Shown piece by piece: positions 48,884 through 59,139 of a stretch of DNA of 64,000 nt. The stretch spans positions 1,000 to 64,999 of the forward strand of contig JADGOB010000007.1 in the NCBI GenBank assembly GCA_017883185.1, given 5' to 3'. Position numbers and translations under genes: made by a program. Position 1 is the first letter of the stretch, and every line of letters starts with the position of its first letter. Under the pieces are notes generated by a model, which was given only the letters and a program-made list of their open reading frames with translations, searched no databases and was not told where the DNA came from. The DNA comes from Acidobacteriota bacterium. GTDB taxonomy: Bacteria; Acidobacteriota; Vicinamibacteria; Vicinamibacterales; Fen-181.

Positions 48884-49059
48884 CACGGATGGGGGCGGCT
48901 GTCGGCCGGCCCCGTCCGTCTGATTCCCCCACCGTTGCCCCTCCCTCGCGGATTTCCTGCGCCCATTGCCCGAAAGAGAATTGACGTCCGGCTCAGCAGG
49001 TGATAGAACACACTCGCGTTCTGCCGCGAACAGGCCTTCTCTGACACGGGGGAGTTCAG

Positions 49060-49614
49060 ATGAGCACGATGGTCGCCCGGTCGGTGTCCTTTCTGGTCGT
49101 TTTCGTCTTGTTCACCGTACTTTCGACGGGTGCCCTGGCGCAGGACTCGAAGTCGGTCCCGCTCGTCAAGGAACTCGCGCAGTTACTCGACAAGGGCAAG
49201 CTCGATGCGATTGCGGCCAAGGATCCGTCAGCGAGCGACGTATTCGTCGCCGCCCTCTACTTCCCGGGCAGCCAGTTGCTGGTGGTGTCGGCGCGCTACG
49301 CGGTGCCGCCGATCCTCACCGAGAAACTGGCCAAGAAGGACTTCCGAGAGATTTACACGGATCTCAACAGCGCCGCCGTCGAAGGCTCGCGGTCGCTGGT
49401 GATCGACATCGGCGCCGACGGCCTGAAGCCGAAGAAGGATGACAGCCGCTTCGACACCTGCGACATCGGCGCGAAGACCTACGTCTTCGACGGCGACTGG
49501 AAGAAGCAGAAGATGGCGAGCGAAGACGACTACGCGAAGGCCTTCGCCGATGCCGAGGCGAGGTACGTCAAGATGCTGACGGTCCTCATCGCGCAGGCGA
49601 AGAAGCTTCAGTAG
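49060..49614 (+). CDS. Hypothetical secreted protein
   Basis: Signal peptide ending ALA-QD, RBS ggggag, coding-like codon use. Confidence 0.75.
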   Translation: MSTMVARSVSFLVVFVLFTVLSTGALAQDSKSVPLVKELAQLLDKGKLDAIAAKDPSASDVFVAALYFPGSQLLVVSARYAVPPILTEKLAKKDFREIYTDLNSAAVEGSRSLVIDIGADGLKPKKDDSRFDTCDIGAKTYVFDGDWKKQKMASEDDYAKAFADAEARYVKMLTVLIAQAKKLQ

Positions 49615-49714
49615 AGAGATCTGACTTCTGACTTCTGGATTCTGCGTTGGAGAGCGCCCGCCATCGCGCTTCGTGCGTTGGCGGGCAACCTTCGCGTGAG
49701 GAATGAGCGAAGGT

Positions 49715-49790
49715 TGGTGGGCACTAGTGGATTCGAACCACTGGCCTCCTGCGTGTGAAGCAGGCGATCTAGCCGCTGATCTAAGTGCCC
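49715..49790 (-). tRNA. tRNA-Val (anticodon CAC)
   Basis: GGGCACTTAGATCAGCGGCTAGATCGCCTGCTTCACACGCAGGAGGCCAGTGGTTCGAATCCACTAGTGCCCACCA: cloverleaf, TTCGA loop, encoded CCA. Confidence 0.96.
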
Positions 49791-49844
49791 AACCCGAGAA
49801 GAACCCACAGTGTAATTCAAGTCGGCCGCCCGCGACAACCCACC

Positions 49845-50708
49845 CTACTTCCTCGTCTCCGGGAGCCTGCGCGGCGGCGGCCCGTCGTAGATCGCTTGCG
49901 TCGGGTCAATCTGCCGCATCGGCTGATGGCGTGATCGTTCTTCGTTCGCGTGCGCCACAAGCCCGGGAACCCGCGCGATCAGAAACAGCGCGTTCCCCAG
50001 TTCCGGCTCGAATCCCATGTCGCCACACACCGCCGCGATCGCACCGTCGAGATTGAGCGACCATGAATGATCGGCGGCATCCGGCCTTGAAGACGCCACG
50101 CGGTCGACCGTCCGGATCATCTGGACGTGTTCGCCGTCGAGTTCCAGTTCGTGCGCCATCTGGAGTAGCCTCGAGGCGCGCGGGTCGCTCGTGTGAATAC
50201 GGTGGCCAAACCCGGGCGGGCGCTTGCCGGCATCCGTGCAGGAGCGGACGAGAGCCTCGGCCGCCGCCGTGCATGTCGCACCCTCCCGCACCATGGCCAG
50301 GCCTTCCTGCAGGAACCGCATGCAGCTCTCGATGTCGCCGCCGTGGTACATGCCGAACCCGAGCACGCCGGCCGCAACCGACGCCTTGAGTTGGGCACCC
50401 GTCGTCGCGACGTTTCGGGTGGCCAGCGTGGAGGGGGGGGTGACGCCATGGTCGATCGACGCCACCAGCGCCGCCCCGAACAGTTTCCCCATCGTCGGCG
50501 TCGGCAGTTCCCCGCGCAGGATCAGGTAGACGGTTTCGGCAAAGGAAAGCCGGCCCATCAGCTCGTCCACGGCGTAGCCGCGGATCAGGATCTCGTTCGG
50601 CTCGATCCGGGTAATCGCCGTGCGCCAGCTCGGATCCTCGGGTTGCGGCCGCGCTCGGCGCTTGGTCACATGAGTCGGGCGGTTCGGCTTGTCGCGTTGG
50701 TTGGCCAT
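49845..50708 (-). CDS. Citrate synthase-like protein (citryl-CoA lyase family)
   Basis: WRTAIT, IRGY, DHGVTPPST, HGG, PGFGHRIH..DPR, NLDG. Confidence 0.82.
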   Translation of the reverse strand: MANQRDKPNRPTHVTKRRARPQPEDPSWRTAITRIEPNEILIRGYAVDELMGRLSFAETVYLILRGELPTPTMGKLFGAALVASIDHGVTPPSTLATRNVATTGAQLKASVAAGVLGFGMYHGGDIESCMRFLQEGLAMVREGATCTAAAEALVRSCTDAGKRPPGFGHRIHTSDPRASRLLQMAHELELDGEHVQMIRTVDRVASSRPDAADHSWSLNLDGAIAAVCGDMGFEPELGNALFLIARVPGLVAHANEERSRHQPMRQIDPTQAIYDGPPPRRLPETRK

Positions 50709-50818
50709 GCACGTCTCCATCAGCTCTCAGCAGGCAGCCGCCAGCAGTCAGCCAGCCAGCCAGCCACTGCGTGTTTACACCTGTCTGTTGCCAGCTGTGA
50801 ACCGCCAGCTGTTCACTG

Positions 50819-51442
50819 TCAGAGCGTTCCGTAGAGTCGGTCGCCGAAGTCACCGAGGCCTGGGACAATGAACTTCTTGTCGTTCAGCCCCTGGTCGATT
50901 GCCGGCGTGAAGATCCGGACGTCGGGGAAGTGCTGCTCGACCAGCGCAATCCCTTCGGGCGCCGCGACGATACACAGAATGCGGATATCTCGGGCGCCGG
51001 CGCGCTTCAGCAGGTCGAGCGCGGCCACCGCGCTCCCGCCCGTCGCCAGCATCGGGTCGACCATCAGGACGTAGCTGTGCTCCAGGCCGTGCGGCAATTT
51101 GGAGTAGTACTGCGAGGCCACCGCCGTCTGTTCGTCCCTCTGGAGACCGATGTGCCCGACTCGCGCCGAGGGCAGCAGTTCCAGGACGGCATCCAGCATG
51201 CCAAGCCCCGACCGCAGCACGGGCACGACGACGACGTCGGCGTCGATCCGTCGCCCCTGAGCGGTGCCCATGGGGGACGTGACGGACGCTGCCTGCGTCG
51301 GGAGGTCGCGCAGCGCCTCGGCGGCGAGCAGCACGCTGATCCGCGTCGCCATGTGACGGAAGACGACAGCCTCCGTCTTCTGATTCCTGAGGACCAGCAG
51401 GGTGTCCTGGACGAGCGGGTGTTCGACGAGATGGACAGGCAC
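50819..51442 (-). CDS. upp: Uracil phosphoribosyltransferase
   Basis: VPVLRSGLGM, VDPMLATGGS, FIVPGLGDFGDRLYGT. Confidence 0.96.
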   Translation of the reverse strand: MPVHLVEHPLVQDTLLVLRNQKTEAVVFRHMATRISVLLAAEALRDLPTQAASVTSPMGTAQGRRIDADVVVVPVLRSGLGMLDAVLELLPSARVGHIGLQRDEQTAVASQYYSKLPHGLEHSYVLMVDPMLATGGSAVAALDLLKRAGARDIRILCIVAAPEGIALVEQHFPDVRIFTPAIDQGLNDKKFIVPGLGDFGDRLYGTL

Positions 51443-51541
51443 GGGCCACACTATACACGAGAGACCGCAGGGGGGACAACGCAGCGGACGAGGGGCTGGT
51501 GAGATCGAATCCTGCCGAATTCGCGATAAGATCGACGGCCT

Positions 51542-52966
51542 ATGACCGCCAATCTCCGTTCGTCGCTCCGCCTGCCTTGCCTGTGCGTCGTCATGGCCAT
51601 GGCGCTGCTCACTGTCTCGTGCAGCCAGGCCAGCCGGCAGCAGGTCTCACTCGTCGTGACGGGCGGTGACGTCGTCACGATGGATGCGTCCAGGCGCGTG
51701 CTCTCCCCGGGCGCCGTCGCCGTGAACGGCCGCGATATCGTGGCCGTCGGCACGCCCGAAGAAATCGCGCGCCAGTTTGCGGCGTCCGAGACCATCGAGG
51801 CGGCCGGCCACGTGGTGCTGCCCGGCCTCGTCAACACCCACACGCACGCGCCGATGGTCATGTATCGAGGCCTGGCCGACGACCTGGCGCTGATGGACTG
51901 GCTGCAGAAATTCATCTTCCCTGCCGAAGCGAAGACCGTCTCGCCCGAGATGGTGCGGGTGGGCACGCGACTGGCGGCGCTCGAGATGATTCAGTCGGGC
52001 ACGACGACCTTCGCCGACATGTACTACTTCGAGGAGGAGATCGCGCGCGCGACGAAGGCGGCGGGGCTGCGCGGCGTGCTGGGCGAGACGATCATCGGGT
52101 TCCCCGTCGCCGACGCGAAAACGCCGGCCGACGCGCTGAAGCGGACCGAGGCGTTCATGAGGGAATTCGCCGGGGACGATCTGATTACGGCCGTCCCCGC
52201 GCCGCACTCGCCCTACACCGTGGACGAGCCCACGCTGCGCGCGATCCGCGAGCTGGCCGATCGTTACAAGGTGCCGATCCTGATTCACCTCGCGGAGACC
52301 GAGGACGAAGTGAACATCATTCGGGAGAAGCACGGGATGTCGCCGACCGCCTGGCTCGATTCGCTGGGATTCCTGCGGCCTGACGTGGTGGCGGCTCACT
52401 GCGTCTGGTTGACCGACGACGACATCGCCATCATGAAGCGCGCCGGCGCCGCGGTCTCGCACAACCCGGAGAGCAACATGAAGCTGGCGAGCGGGGTGGC
52501 GCCGGTTCCGAAGTACCTGGCCGCGGGGATCACGGTCGGTCTCGGCACGGACGGCGCGGCCAGCAACAATGACCTCGACATGTTCGGGGCCATGCGCCAA
52601 ACGGCGTTCCTGCACAAGCTCGCGTCACGCGACCCGCGGGCCGTCCCTGCCACGGCCGTCCTGGAGATGGCCACAATCGGCGGCGCCCGCGCGCTCGGCC
52701 TCGACAAGAGGGTCGGGTCGCTCGAAGCGGGGAAGCGCGCCGATCTGATCGTCGTCGCGATGAACGGCGCCCGCCAGACGCCGATGTACAACCCGGTGTC
52801 GCACCTGGTCTACGTCGCGAGGGGCGACGACGTGCGCACCACCGTCGTGAATGGCAAGGTGCTGATGCGCGACCGGCAGATGCGCACGCTCGACGAGCGC
52901 GTCGTCCTGGCCGACGCGCGGGCGCTGGCGAAGAAGGTGAGGGAGGCGGTTGCCTCTACTCGTTGA
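51542..52966 (+). CDS. MTA/SAH/5'-deoxyadenosine deaminase-like amidohydrolase with lipoprotein-like signal
   Basis: PGLVNTHTHAPM, SGTTTFADMY, HLAET, HNPESNMKLASG, GTDGAASNN; N-terminal ...ALLTVSC. Confidence 0.85.
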   Translation: MTANLRSSLRLPCLCVVMAMALLTVSCSQASRQQVSLVVTGGDVVTMDASRRVLSPGAVAVNGRDIVAVGTPEEIARQFAASETIEAAGHVVLPGLVNTHTHAPMVMYRGLADDLALMDWLQKFIFPAEAKTVSPEMVRVGTRLAALEMIQSGTTTFADMYYFEEEIARATKAAGLRGVLGETIIGFPVADAKTPADALKRTEAFMREFAGDDLITAVPAPHSPYTVDEPTLRAIRELADRYKVPILIHLAETEDEVNIIREKHGMSPTAWLDSLGFLRPDVVAAHCVWLTDDDIAIMKRAGAAVSHNPESNMKLASGVAPVPKYLAAGITVGLGTDGAASNNDLDMFGAMRQTAFLHKLASRDPRAVPATAVLEMATIGGARALGLDKRVGSLEAGKRADLIVVAMNGARQTPMYNPVSHLVYVARGDDVRTTVVNGKVLMRDRQMRTLDERVVLADARALAKKVREAVASTR

Positions 52967-53483
52967 GCACGCCGATATACGGGAGATTCCGGTACTTCTC
53001 CGCGTAGTCGAGCCCGTAGCCCACCACGAACCGATCCTCGATTGTGAAGCCGATGTACTCGACCTTCACGTCGATCTTTCGGCGGGACGGCTTGCTGAGC
53101 AGGCACGCGGTGCGCAGCGTTTTCGGCGAGCGCGCCCGGAGGATCTCCTGGAGATAGGCCAGCGTGAGGCCGGTATCGACGATGTCCTCGACGATGATCA
53201 CATTTCGGCCTTCGAGCCCCGAGTCGAGGTCCTTGACCATGCGGACCTCGCCCGACGACGTCGTGCCCTTCGCGTAGCTCGAGACGGCCATGAAGTCGAT
53301 CGTCACGTTCCGGTCCATGACCCGGATCAGGTCGCCGAGGAACAGGAACGCGCCCTTGAGGATGGCCACCAGGTGGAGATCCTCGTTCGGCGGATAGTCG
53401 CGGGAAATTTCGCCGGCCAGGGCCGTGATGCGCGTCTGGACGTCGGCGGCGCTAAGCATGACGTTCGGTGTGAGGTCGGGCAT
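52956..53483 (-). CDS. hpt: Hypoxanthine phosphoribosyltransferase
   Basis: ILKGAF, VSSY, IIVEDIVDTGLT, FVVGYGLDY. Confidence 0.96.
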   Translation of the reverse strand: MPDLTPNVMLSAADVQTRITALAGEISRDYPPNEDLHLVAILKGAFLFLGDLIRVMDRNVTIDFMAVSSYAKGTTSSGEVRMVKDLDSGLEGRNVIIVEDIVDTGLTLAYLQEILRARSPKTLRTACLLSKPSRRKIDVKVEYIGFTIEDRFVVGYGLDYAEKYRNLPYIGVLNE

Positions 53484-53621
53484 GTGCGAGTGACTCCGTG
53501 AGAGTGAGGCGTGAGCCTAGCACATTTTCCGTCCGAACATGAAGCGCCCGCGGTCGTGATATGCTCCATGTTTCCGCGGCCCTTCCGGCTTTTGGCGGTT
53601 ATCTTCGGGTGGCATTCGGCG

Positions 53622-54878
53622 ATGAGCCAGGTCTTCAGGATTGCGTTAGGCGCCGACCACGGCGGCTTCGACCTCAAGCAGCAGCTCGCGGACCACCTGT
53701 CCTCGCGCGGTCACGTGGTCCGCGATTGCGGAACCCATGGCACGGACGCGGTAGACTACCCGAAGTTCGCGCTGGCGGTCGCGTCGCTGGTGGCCTCCGG
53801 CGAGTGCCAGTTTGGCGTGATGGTGGACGGGTCGGGTATCGGGTCGGCGATGGCGGCCAACAAGGTGCCTGGGGTGCTGGCGGCCGCATGCTACAACGAG
53901 GCGCTGGCGCGCAACAGCCGCGAGCACAATGACGCGAACGTGCTCACCCTGGGCTCGGGGCAGACGACGGCCGACGCCGCGAGGGGCATCGTGGACGTGT
54001 TCCTGTCCACCTCGTGCACGGCCGATCGACACCGGGCGCGCGTGCAGATGATTCGGGAGATCGAGCGAGGACGCATGAGCACTTCTTCCCAGGGCGGGTC
54101 GGCGCTGTCGGCCGAGGACGTCAACCGGATCGCCGAGCGGGTGCGCCAGCTGCTGCAGGAGCAGGGGGGGGGCGTGCGCACGGCGCCGCCGATGTCGCTC
54201 GAACAAGTGGCGAGCCTGATCGACCACACGTTACTCAAGCCTGAGGCGACCGTCGCCGACATTCAGCGCCTGTGCGACGAGGCCCGGCGGCATCGCTTCT
54301 TCTCGGTGTGCGTCAACCCGAGCTACGTCCGCCAGGCCGCGTCGCTGCTGCGCGGCGCCTCCGTGAAGGTGTGCTGCGTCGTCGGGTTCCCGCTGGGCGC
54401 TCAGCCCCCAGAGTCCAAGGCCCTCGAGGCGCGGCGGGCCATCCGCGAGGGAGCTCGCGAAATCGACATGGTCGTCAACATCGGGGCGCTCAAGGGCCGC
54501 GAGGACGCCGTCGTGCTGAAGGACATCCGGTCGGTGGTCGAGGCCTGCAAGGACGGGCGGGCTATCTGCAAGGTGATCCTGGAAACCGCGCTGCTCAACG
54601 ACGACGAGAAAGTGCGCGGCTGCGAGCTGAGCATGAAGGCTGGCGCCGAGTACGTGAAGACGTCCACGGGCTTCGGCCCCGGGGGGGCGACGGTCGCGGA
54701 CGTGGCCCTCATGAGCCGCACCGTGGCGGCGAAGAAGCTGGGTGTGAAGGCCGCCGGCGGCATCCGCAGTTATGCGGACCTCCTGAAGATGGTGGATGCC
54801 GGGGCCACCCGGGTGGGAAGCAGCAGCGGCGTCAAGATCCTCGAAGAGGCGCAGGCGGCTGGCGTCACGTCGACGTAG
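53622..54878 (+). CDS. deoC: RpiB/LacAB sugar-phosphate isomerase - DeoC aldolase fusion
   Basis: N-terminal [30 protein letters not shown]-terminal [45 protein letters not shown]. Confidence 0.92.
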   Translation: MSQVFRIALGADHGGFDLKQQLADHLSSRGHVVRDCGTHGTDAVDYPKFALAVASLVASGECQFGVMVDGSGIGSAMAANKVPGVLAAACYNEALARNSREHNDANVLTLGSGQTTADAARGIVDVFLSTSCTADRHRARVQMIREIERGRMSTSSQGGSALSAEDVNRIAERVRQLLQEQGGGVRTAPPMSLEQVASLIDHTLLKPEATVADIQRLCDEARRHRFFSVCVNPSYVRQAASLLRGASVKVCCVVGFPLGAQPPESKALEARRAIREGAREIDMVVNIGALKGREDAVVLKDIRSVVEACKDGRAICKVILETALLNDDEKVRGCELSMKAGAEYVKTSTGFGPGGATVADVALMSRTVAAKKLGVKAAGGIRSYADLLKMVDAGATRVGSSSGVKILEEAQAAGVTST

Positions 54879-54899
54879 GACAGCAGGGACGGAGCGCAT

Positions 54900-55523
54900 A
54901 TGGCCGAACTACGTTGCTACATCTTCCTCGACAGCCTGCAGCCCCAGTACGCGTCGTTCCTCGGCTCGGTGTCGCAGGGGTTCCTGCCGGTGCCAGGACA
55001 GGCGTCGCTGTTTGTCGAGATCGCGCCGGGGATGGACATCATGCGCGTCACCGACGTGGCCTTGAAGGCGACCGACGTCAAGCCGGGGATGCTGATCATC
55101 GAGCGCCTGTACGGGATGCTCGAGATCCACTCGGACTCGCAGGCTGATGTCCGCGAAGCCGGGCGCGCGATTCTCGAGGAGCTCGAGCTCGAGGAAGACG
55201 ATCGGATCAAGCCGGAACTGGTGTCCAGCCAGGTGATCCGGAACATCACCGACTACCACACGCAGCTGATCAATCGATCGAGGCATGGCGATTTGATCCT
55301 GCCCGGCCAGTCGCTCTACGTGATGGAAGTGGCGCCGGCCGGGTACGCGGCGCTCGCGGCGAACGAGGCGGAGAAGGCCGCCCACATCAATATCCTGGAA
55401 GTACGGGCGTTCGGCAGCTTCGGCCGCGTGTACCTGGGCGGCGAGGAGCGGGATATCGAGATCGGCCACCGGGCCGCGGAACAGGCGATCAAGGACGTCA
55501 CGGGACGCAAGGGTAAAGTGTAG
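54900..55523 (+). CDS. BMC shell trimer, stacked gated-pore type (BMC-Tdp; CsoS1D/CcmP-like)
   Basis: [50 protein letters not shown]. Confidence 0.9.
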   Translation: MAELRCYIFLDSLQPQYASFLGSVSQGFLPVPGQASLFVEIAPGMDIMRVTDVALKATDVKPGMLIIERLYGMLEIHSDSQADVREAGRAILEELELEEDDRIKPELVSSQVIRNITDYHTQLINRSRHGDLILPGQSLYVMEVAPAGYAALAANEAEKAAHINILEVRAFGSFGRVYLGGEERDIEIGHRAAEQAIKDVTGRKGKV

Positions 55524-55558
55524 CGGCGACGCCGGCGTCGCCCGATGGAGCAATCACC

Positions 55559-55861
<303 letters not shown>

Positions 55862-55900
55862 GTCGGGGGCCAGCCCACACCCGGCCCGGAGAATCGGTCT

Positions 55901-56188
55901 ATGTTGCTGGCGAAAGTGGTCGGCAGCGTTGTCGCCACGCGCAAGGAGCCGAGCCTCGGCGGACTCACGCTGCTCCTGGTGCGTCCGGTGAACGACGAAG
56001 GACAGGAGATGGGGGTTCACCTCGTCGCGGCGGATGCCGTGGGCGCCGGCCCCGGCGAGATCGTGCTGATCGCCGCCGGCAGTTCCGCGCGCCAGACGCT
56101 GGCGACGGACAAGCGGCCGGTGGATGCGGTCGTCATGGCGATCGTCGACTCGTGGAGCATCGATGGCACCACGAAGTACAAGAAGTAG
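55901..56188 (+). CDS. BMC vertex pentamer (BMC-P, EutN/CcmL)
   Basis: MLLAKVVGSVVATRK...AADAVGAGPGE...GSSAR...PVDAVVMAIVD. Confidence 0.95.
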   Translation: MLLAKVVGSVVATRKEPSLGGLTLLLVRPVNDEGQEMGVHLVAADAVGAGPGEIVLIAAGSSARQTLATDKRPVDAVVMAIVDSWSIDGTTKYKK

Positions 56189-56219
56189 GGCGGCGCGCGA
56201 GCCGTCCTGGAACAGCAGC

Positions 56220-57662
56220 ATGGCGAGCCTCACCGATCGGGACATCGAAGCCGTTGCCCGGCGCATCGTCGCGGACCTCCAGGCCGCGCCGGGCGCGCGC
56301 CCGTCGGCCGGCGCGCCGGATGCGGCGCCGGCCTCAGGCCTGGGCGTCTACTCGACGGTGGACGAGGCGGTGCAGGCGGCGCGGCAGGCCCAGCCGCGGT
56401 TCGCGCGGCTGCCGCTCAAGACCCGCGCGCAGATCATCGCGGCCATCCGCCAGACGATGATCGAACACGCGGCGGCGTTGGCGAAGGCGGCGCACGAGGA
56501 GACCGGGCTGGGGCGTGTCGAGGACAAGGTGGTGAAGAACCTCCTGGTCACCGAGAAAACCCCTGGCCTGGAGGATTTGTACCCGCAGGCGGTGACCGGC
56601 GACCACGGCCTGTCGCTCATCGAGCCGGCGCCGTTCGGCGTCATCGGGGCGATCACCCCCTGCACCAACCCGACCTCGACGATCATCTGCAACGCGATCG
56701 GGATGCTCGCGGCGGGCAACGCCGTCGTGTTCAACGTCCACCCGACCGCGAAGCACTGCTCGATTCAGACCGTCGCGCTGATCAACAAGGCGATCCGCTC
56801 GGCTGGCGGCCCTCCCGACGTCGTCACCTGCCTTGCGAACCCCACCATCGAGACGGCGCAGGAGACGATGCGGCACCCGGGGATCCGGCTGCTCGTGGTG
56901 ACCGGCGGTGGCGCGGTCGTGAAGGCGGCGATGGCCAGCGGGAAGCGGGCGATTTGCGCCGGACCGGGCAACCCGCCGGTCGTCGTCGATGAAACCGCGC
57001 ACATCGACAAGGCTGGCCGCGACATCGTCCTGGGCGCGTCGACCGACAACAACATCATCTGCACCGACGAGAAGGAAGTGCTGGTGGTGGCCAGCGTGGG
57101 TGATGCGCTCATCCGTGCGATGACGAACGCGGGCGCGGTGCTCGTGGACAAGAGCCGGGTGGCGCAGCTCGAGAAGGTGATCTTCAGGGACATCGTCGGA
57201 CCGAGGTGCGAGGCGCACGTCAACCGCGATCTGATTGGCAAGAACGCGAGCGTCATCCTGCAGAAGATCGGGATGAACGTCCCGGACTCGGTCAGGCTCG
57301 GCATCGTCGAGGTAGACGAAGACCACCCGCTGCTGTGGACCGAGCAGATGATGCCGATCCTGCCCGTGTGCCGGGTGGCGGACGTGGATGCCGCGATCGA
57401 CCTTGCGGTGAGAGTGGAAGGCGGGCGTCGGCACACCGCCGTGATGCACTCGACGAATATCGACAGTCTGAGCCGGATGGCGCGCGAGTGCGATTGCAGC
57501 ATCTTCGTGAAGAACGGCCGGTCGCAGGCGGGGCTGGGCCTCGATGCCGAGGGGTATGCGTCGTTCACGATCGCGAGCCCGACCGGTGAAGGGCTCACCG
57601 GCCCGCGCTCGTTCTCGCGCTGGCGGCGCTGCGTGATGGTCGATCACTTCAGGATCACGTAA
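56220..57662 (+). CDS. CoA-acylating aldehyde dehydrogenase (EutE/PduP-like) with N-terminal encapsulation peptide
   Basis: EETGLGR..DK..KN, PFGVIGAITPCTNP, GPGNPP, DNNIICTDEKE, TIASPTGEG; N-terminal TDRDIEAVARRIVADL plus Pro/Ala linker. Confidence 0.93.
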   Translation: MASLTDRDIEAVARRIVADLQAAPGARPSAGAPDAAPASGLGVYSTVDEAVQAARQAQPRFARLPLKTRAQIIAAIRQTMIEHAAALAKAAHEETGLGRVEDKVVKNLLVTEKTPGLEDLYPQAVTGDHGLSLIEPAPFGVIGAITPCTNPTSTIICNAIGMLAAGNAVVFNVHPTAKHCSIQTVALINKAIRSAGGPPDVVTCLANPTIETAQETMRHPGIRLLVVTGGGAVVKAAMASGKRAICAGPGNPPVVVDETAHIDKAGRDIVLGASTDNNIICTDEKEVLVVASVGDALIRAMTNAGAVLVDKSRVAQLEKVIFRDIVGPRCEAHVNRDLIGKNASVILQKIGMNVPDSVRLGIVEVDEDHPLLWTEQMMPILPVCRVADVDAAIDLAVRVEGGRRHTAVMHSTNIDSLSRMARECDCSIFVKNGRSQAGLGLDAEGYASFTIASPTGEGLTGPRSFSRWRRCVMVDHFRIT

Positions 57663-58273
57663 TGAAGAAAGCACCCGCGCTCGCGGTCATCGAGTTCCGC
57701 GACATCCCGACCGGCATCGACGCAACCGATGCGATGTTGAAGAAGGCGCCGATCGCGTTCGTCAAGTCGGGCACGATTTCCCGAGGACGGTTCCTGACCC
57801 TGATCGGCGGCAGCACGGCCGCCGTGGAGGAGTCACTGCGCGAGGGGTTGTTCCGGGCGGGCGAGTGCGTGCTGGATCATCTCTTGCTGGCGGACGTTCA
57901 TCCGCGGGTGTACGATGCGATTCTCGGCGGGCGGCGGGCGGCCAGGAGCGGGGCGCTGGCGATCATCGAGACCGACACCGTGGCCTCCAACGTCCGAGCG
58001 GCCGAGTTGGCGCTGAAGGGGACGCCGGTCGAACTCGTGGAACTGCGGCTCGCCGACTCCGGGTTGTCCGGCAAGGGCGTGAGCATCTACCAGGGCGAAC
58101 TGGCCGACATCGAAGCGGCGGTGGAGATCGTGCTCGCTTTCATGCACGAGGCCCGTGGCGACGTGCGCCATACCATTATCCCGTCGCCCCACGAGGCGCT
58201 CGGGCGCCAGATTGGCAGCGGCACCTCGTTCGCGTCGGCCGCGCTGCTCGAACTGGACGGAGAGGTGGGCTGA
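57662..58273 (+). CDS. BMC shell trimer, single-layer type (BMC-Ts, PduT-like)
   Basis: Two BMC domains: ALAVIEF..IPTGIDATDAMLK and ALAIIET...AAELALK...GLSGKG. Confidence 0.88.
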   Translation: MKKAPALAVIEFRDIPTGIDATDAMLKKAPIAFVKSGTISRGRFLTLIGGSTAAVEESLREGLFRAGECVLDHLLLADVHPRVYDAILGGRRAARSGALAIIETDTVASNVRAAELALKGTPVELVELRLADSGLSGKGVSIYQGELADIEAAVEIVLAFMHEARGDVRHTIIPSPHEALGRQIGSGTSFASAALLELDGEVG

Positions 58274-58548
58274 TGCTGCTCGGGCGCGTGGTCGGCTCCG
58301 TCGTTTTGTGCGTGCTGTACACTGGCCTTGAAGGCGTGCCGATGTTGCTGGTGCAGCCGCTGGACAAGACGGGGCAGCCCGAGGGGCGCACGCTCGTGGC
58401 CGCCGATGCCACGAGGATGGCGGGCCCAGGCGAACTGGTGTACTACGAGGGCGGCCGCGAGGCGGCCATGGCCCTCGACCCCTGGTTCGTGCCGGTCGAC
58501 CACGCCATCATCGGCATCGTGGACGCGCTGCACCTGGAGACGCGATGA
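58273..58548 (+). CDS. BMC vertex pentamer (BMC-P)
   Basis: MLLGRVVGSVV...VAAD...AGPGE...GREA...PVDHAIIGIVD. Confidence 0.9.
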   Translation: MLLGRVVGSVVLCVLYTGLEGVPMLLVQPLDKTGQPEGRTLVAADATRMAGPGELVYYEGGREAAMALDPWFVPVDHAIIGIVDALHLETR

Positions 58549-58814
58549 TTCTCGGCACCGTCACCGGCCACATCCACTCGACCATCTCGCACGAGTTCTA
58601 CCAGGCGAAGAAGATGCTGCTCGTCGAGCGTGAAGATGCAGGCGGGCATCCGACCGGCGGGTATCTCATTGCCGTTGACACCGTCGGTGCCGGCGTCGGC
58701 GAGCGCGTCATCGTGCTCGACGAAGGGACCGGTGCCCGCCAGATCATGGGCTCGACTGACGCCCCAATCCGGTCCGTCATCGTCGGGATCGTTGACCACG
58801 TCCACACCGCCTGA
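58545..58814 (+). CDS. BMC vertex pentamer (BMC-P)
   Basis: MILGTVTG...AVDTVGAGVGE...EGTGARQ...PIRSVIVGIVD. Confidence 0.92.
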   Translation: MILGTVTGHIHSTISHEFYQAKKMLLVEREDAGGHPTGGYLIAVDTVGAGVGERVIVLDEGTGARQIMGSTDAPIRSVIVGIVDHVHTA

Positions 58815-58845
58815 CCAACCCGCAGCCTGTCCAGAGGAGGACCTG

Positions 58846-59130
58846 ATGGCCAGTGAACTGAGCAATGACGAACTGAAGCGGCTCGCCCGGATGGGGGCGC
58901 AGGCGCGCCTCGAGCAGATTGAAGAAGAGCGCCGGAGCATCCTGCGGGCGTTCCAGGGCCTTGCCGCGACGATCGCGCGCCAGAAGGCGGCGGAGGCCGC
59001 GCCGGAGCAGCCCGCGCCTGACACGCGAAAGAAGAAGAGCCGAAAGCGCCGCCGGAAGATGACCGCCGCCGAGAAGAGAGCCGCGTCCGAGCGGATGAAG
59101 AATTATTGGGCGGCACGCAAGCGGGGTTAG
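58846..59130 (+). CDS. Small basic hypothetical protein (94 aa)
   Basis: RBS gaggagg; coiled-coil N-terminus, C-terminal RKKKSRKRRRKMTAAEKRAASERMKNYWAARKRG. Confidence 0.8.
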   Translation: MASELSNDELKRLARMGAQARLEQIEEERRSILRAFQGLAATIARQKAAEAAPEQPAPDTRKKKSRKRRRKMTAAEKRAASERMKNYWAARKRG

Positions 59131-59139
59131 CGAGATTCC

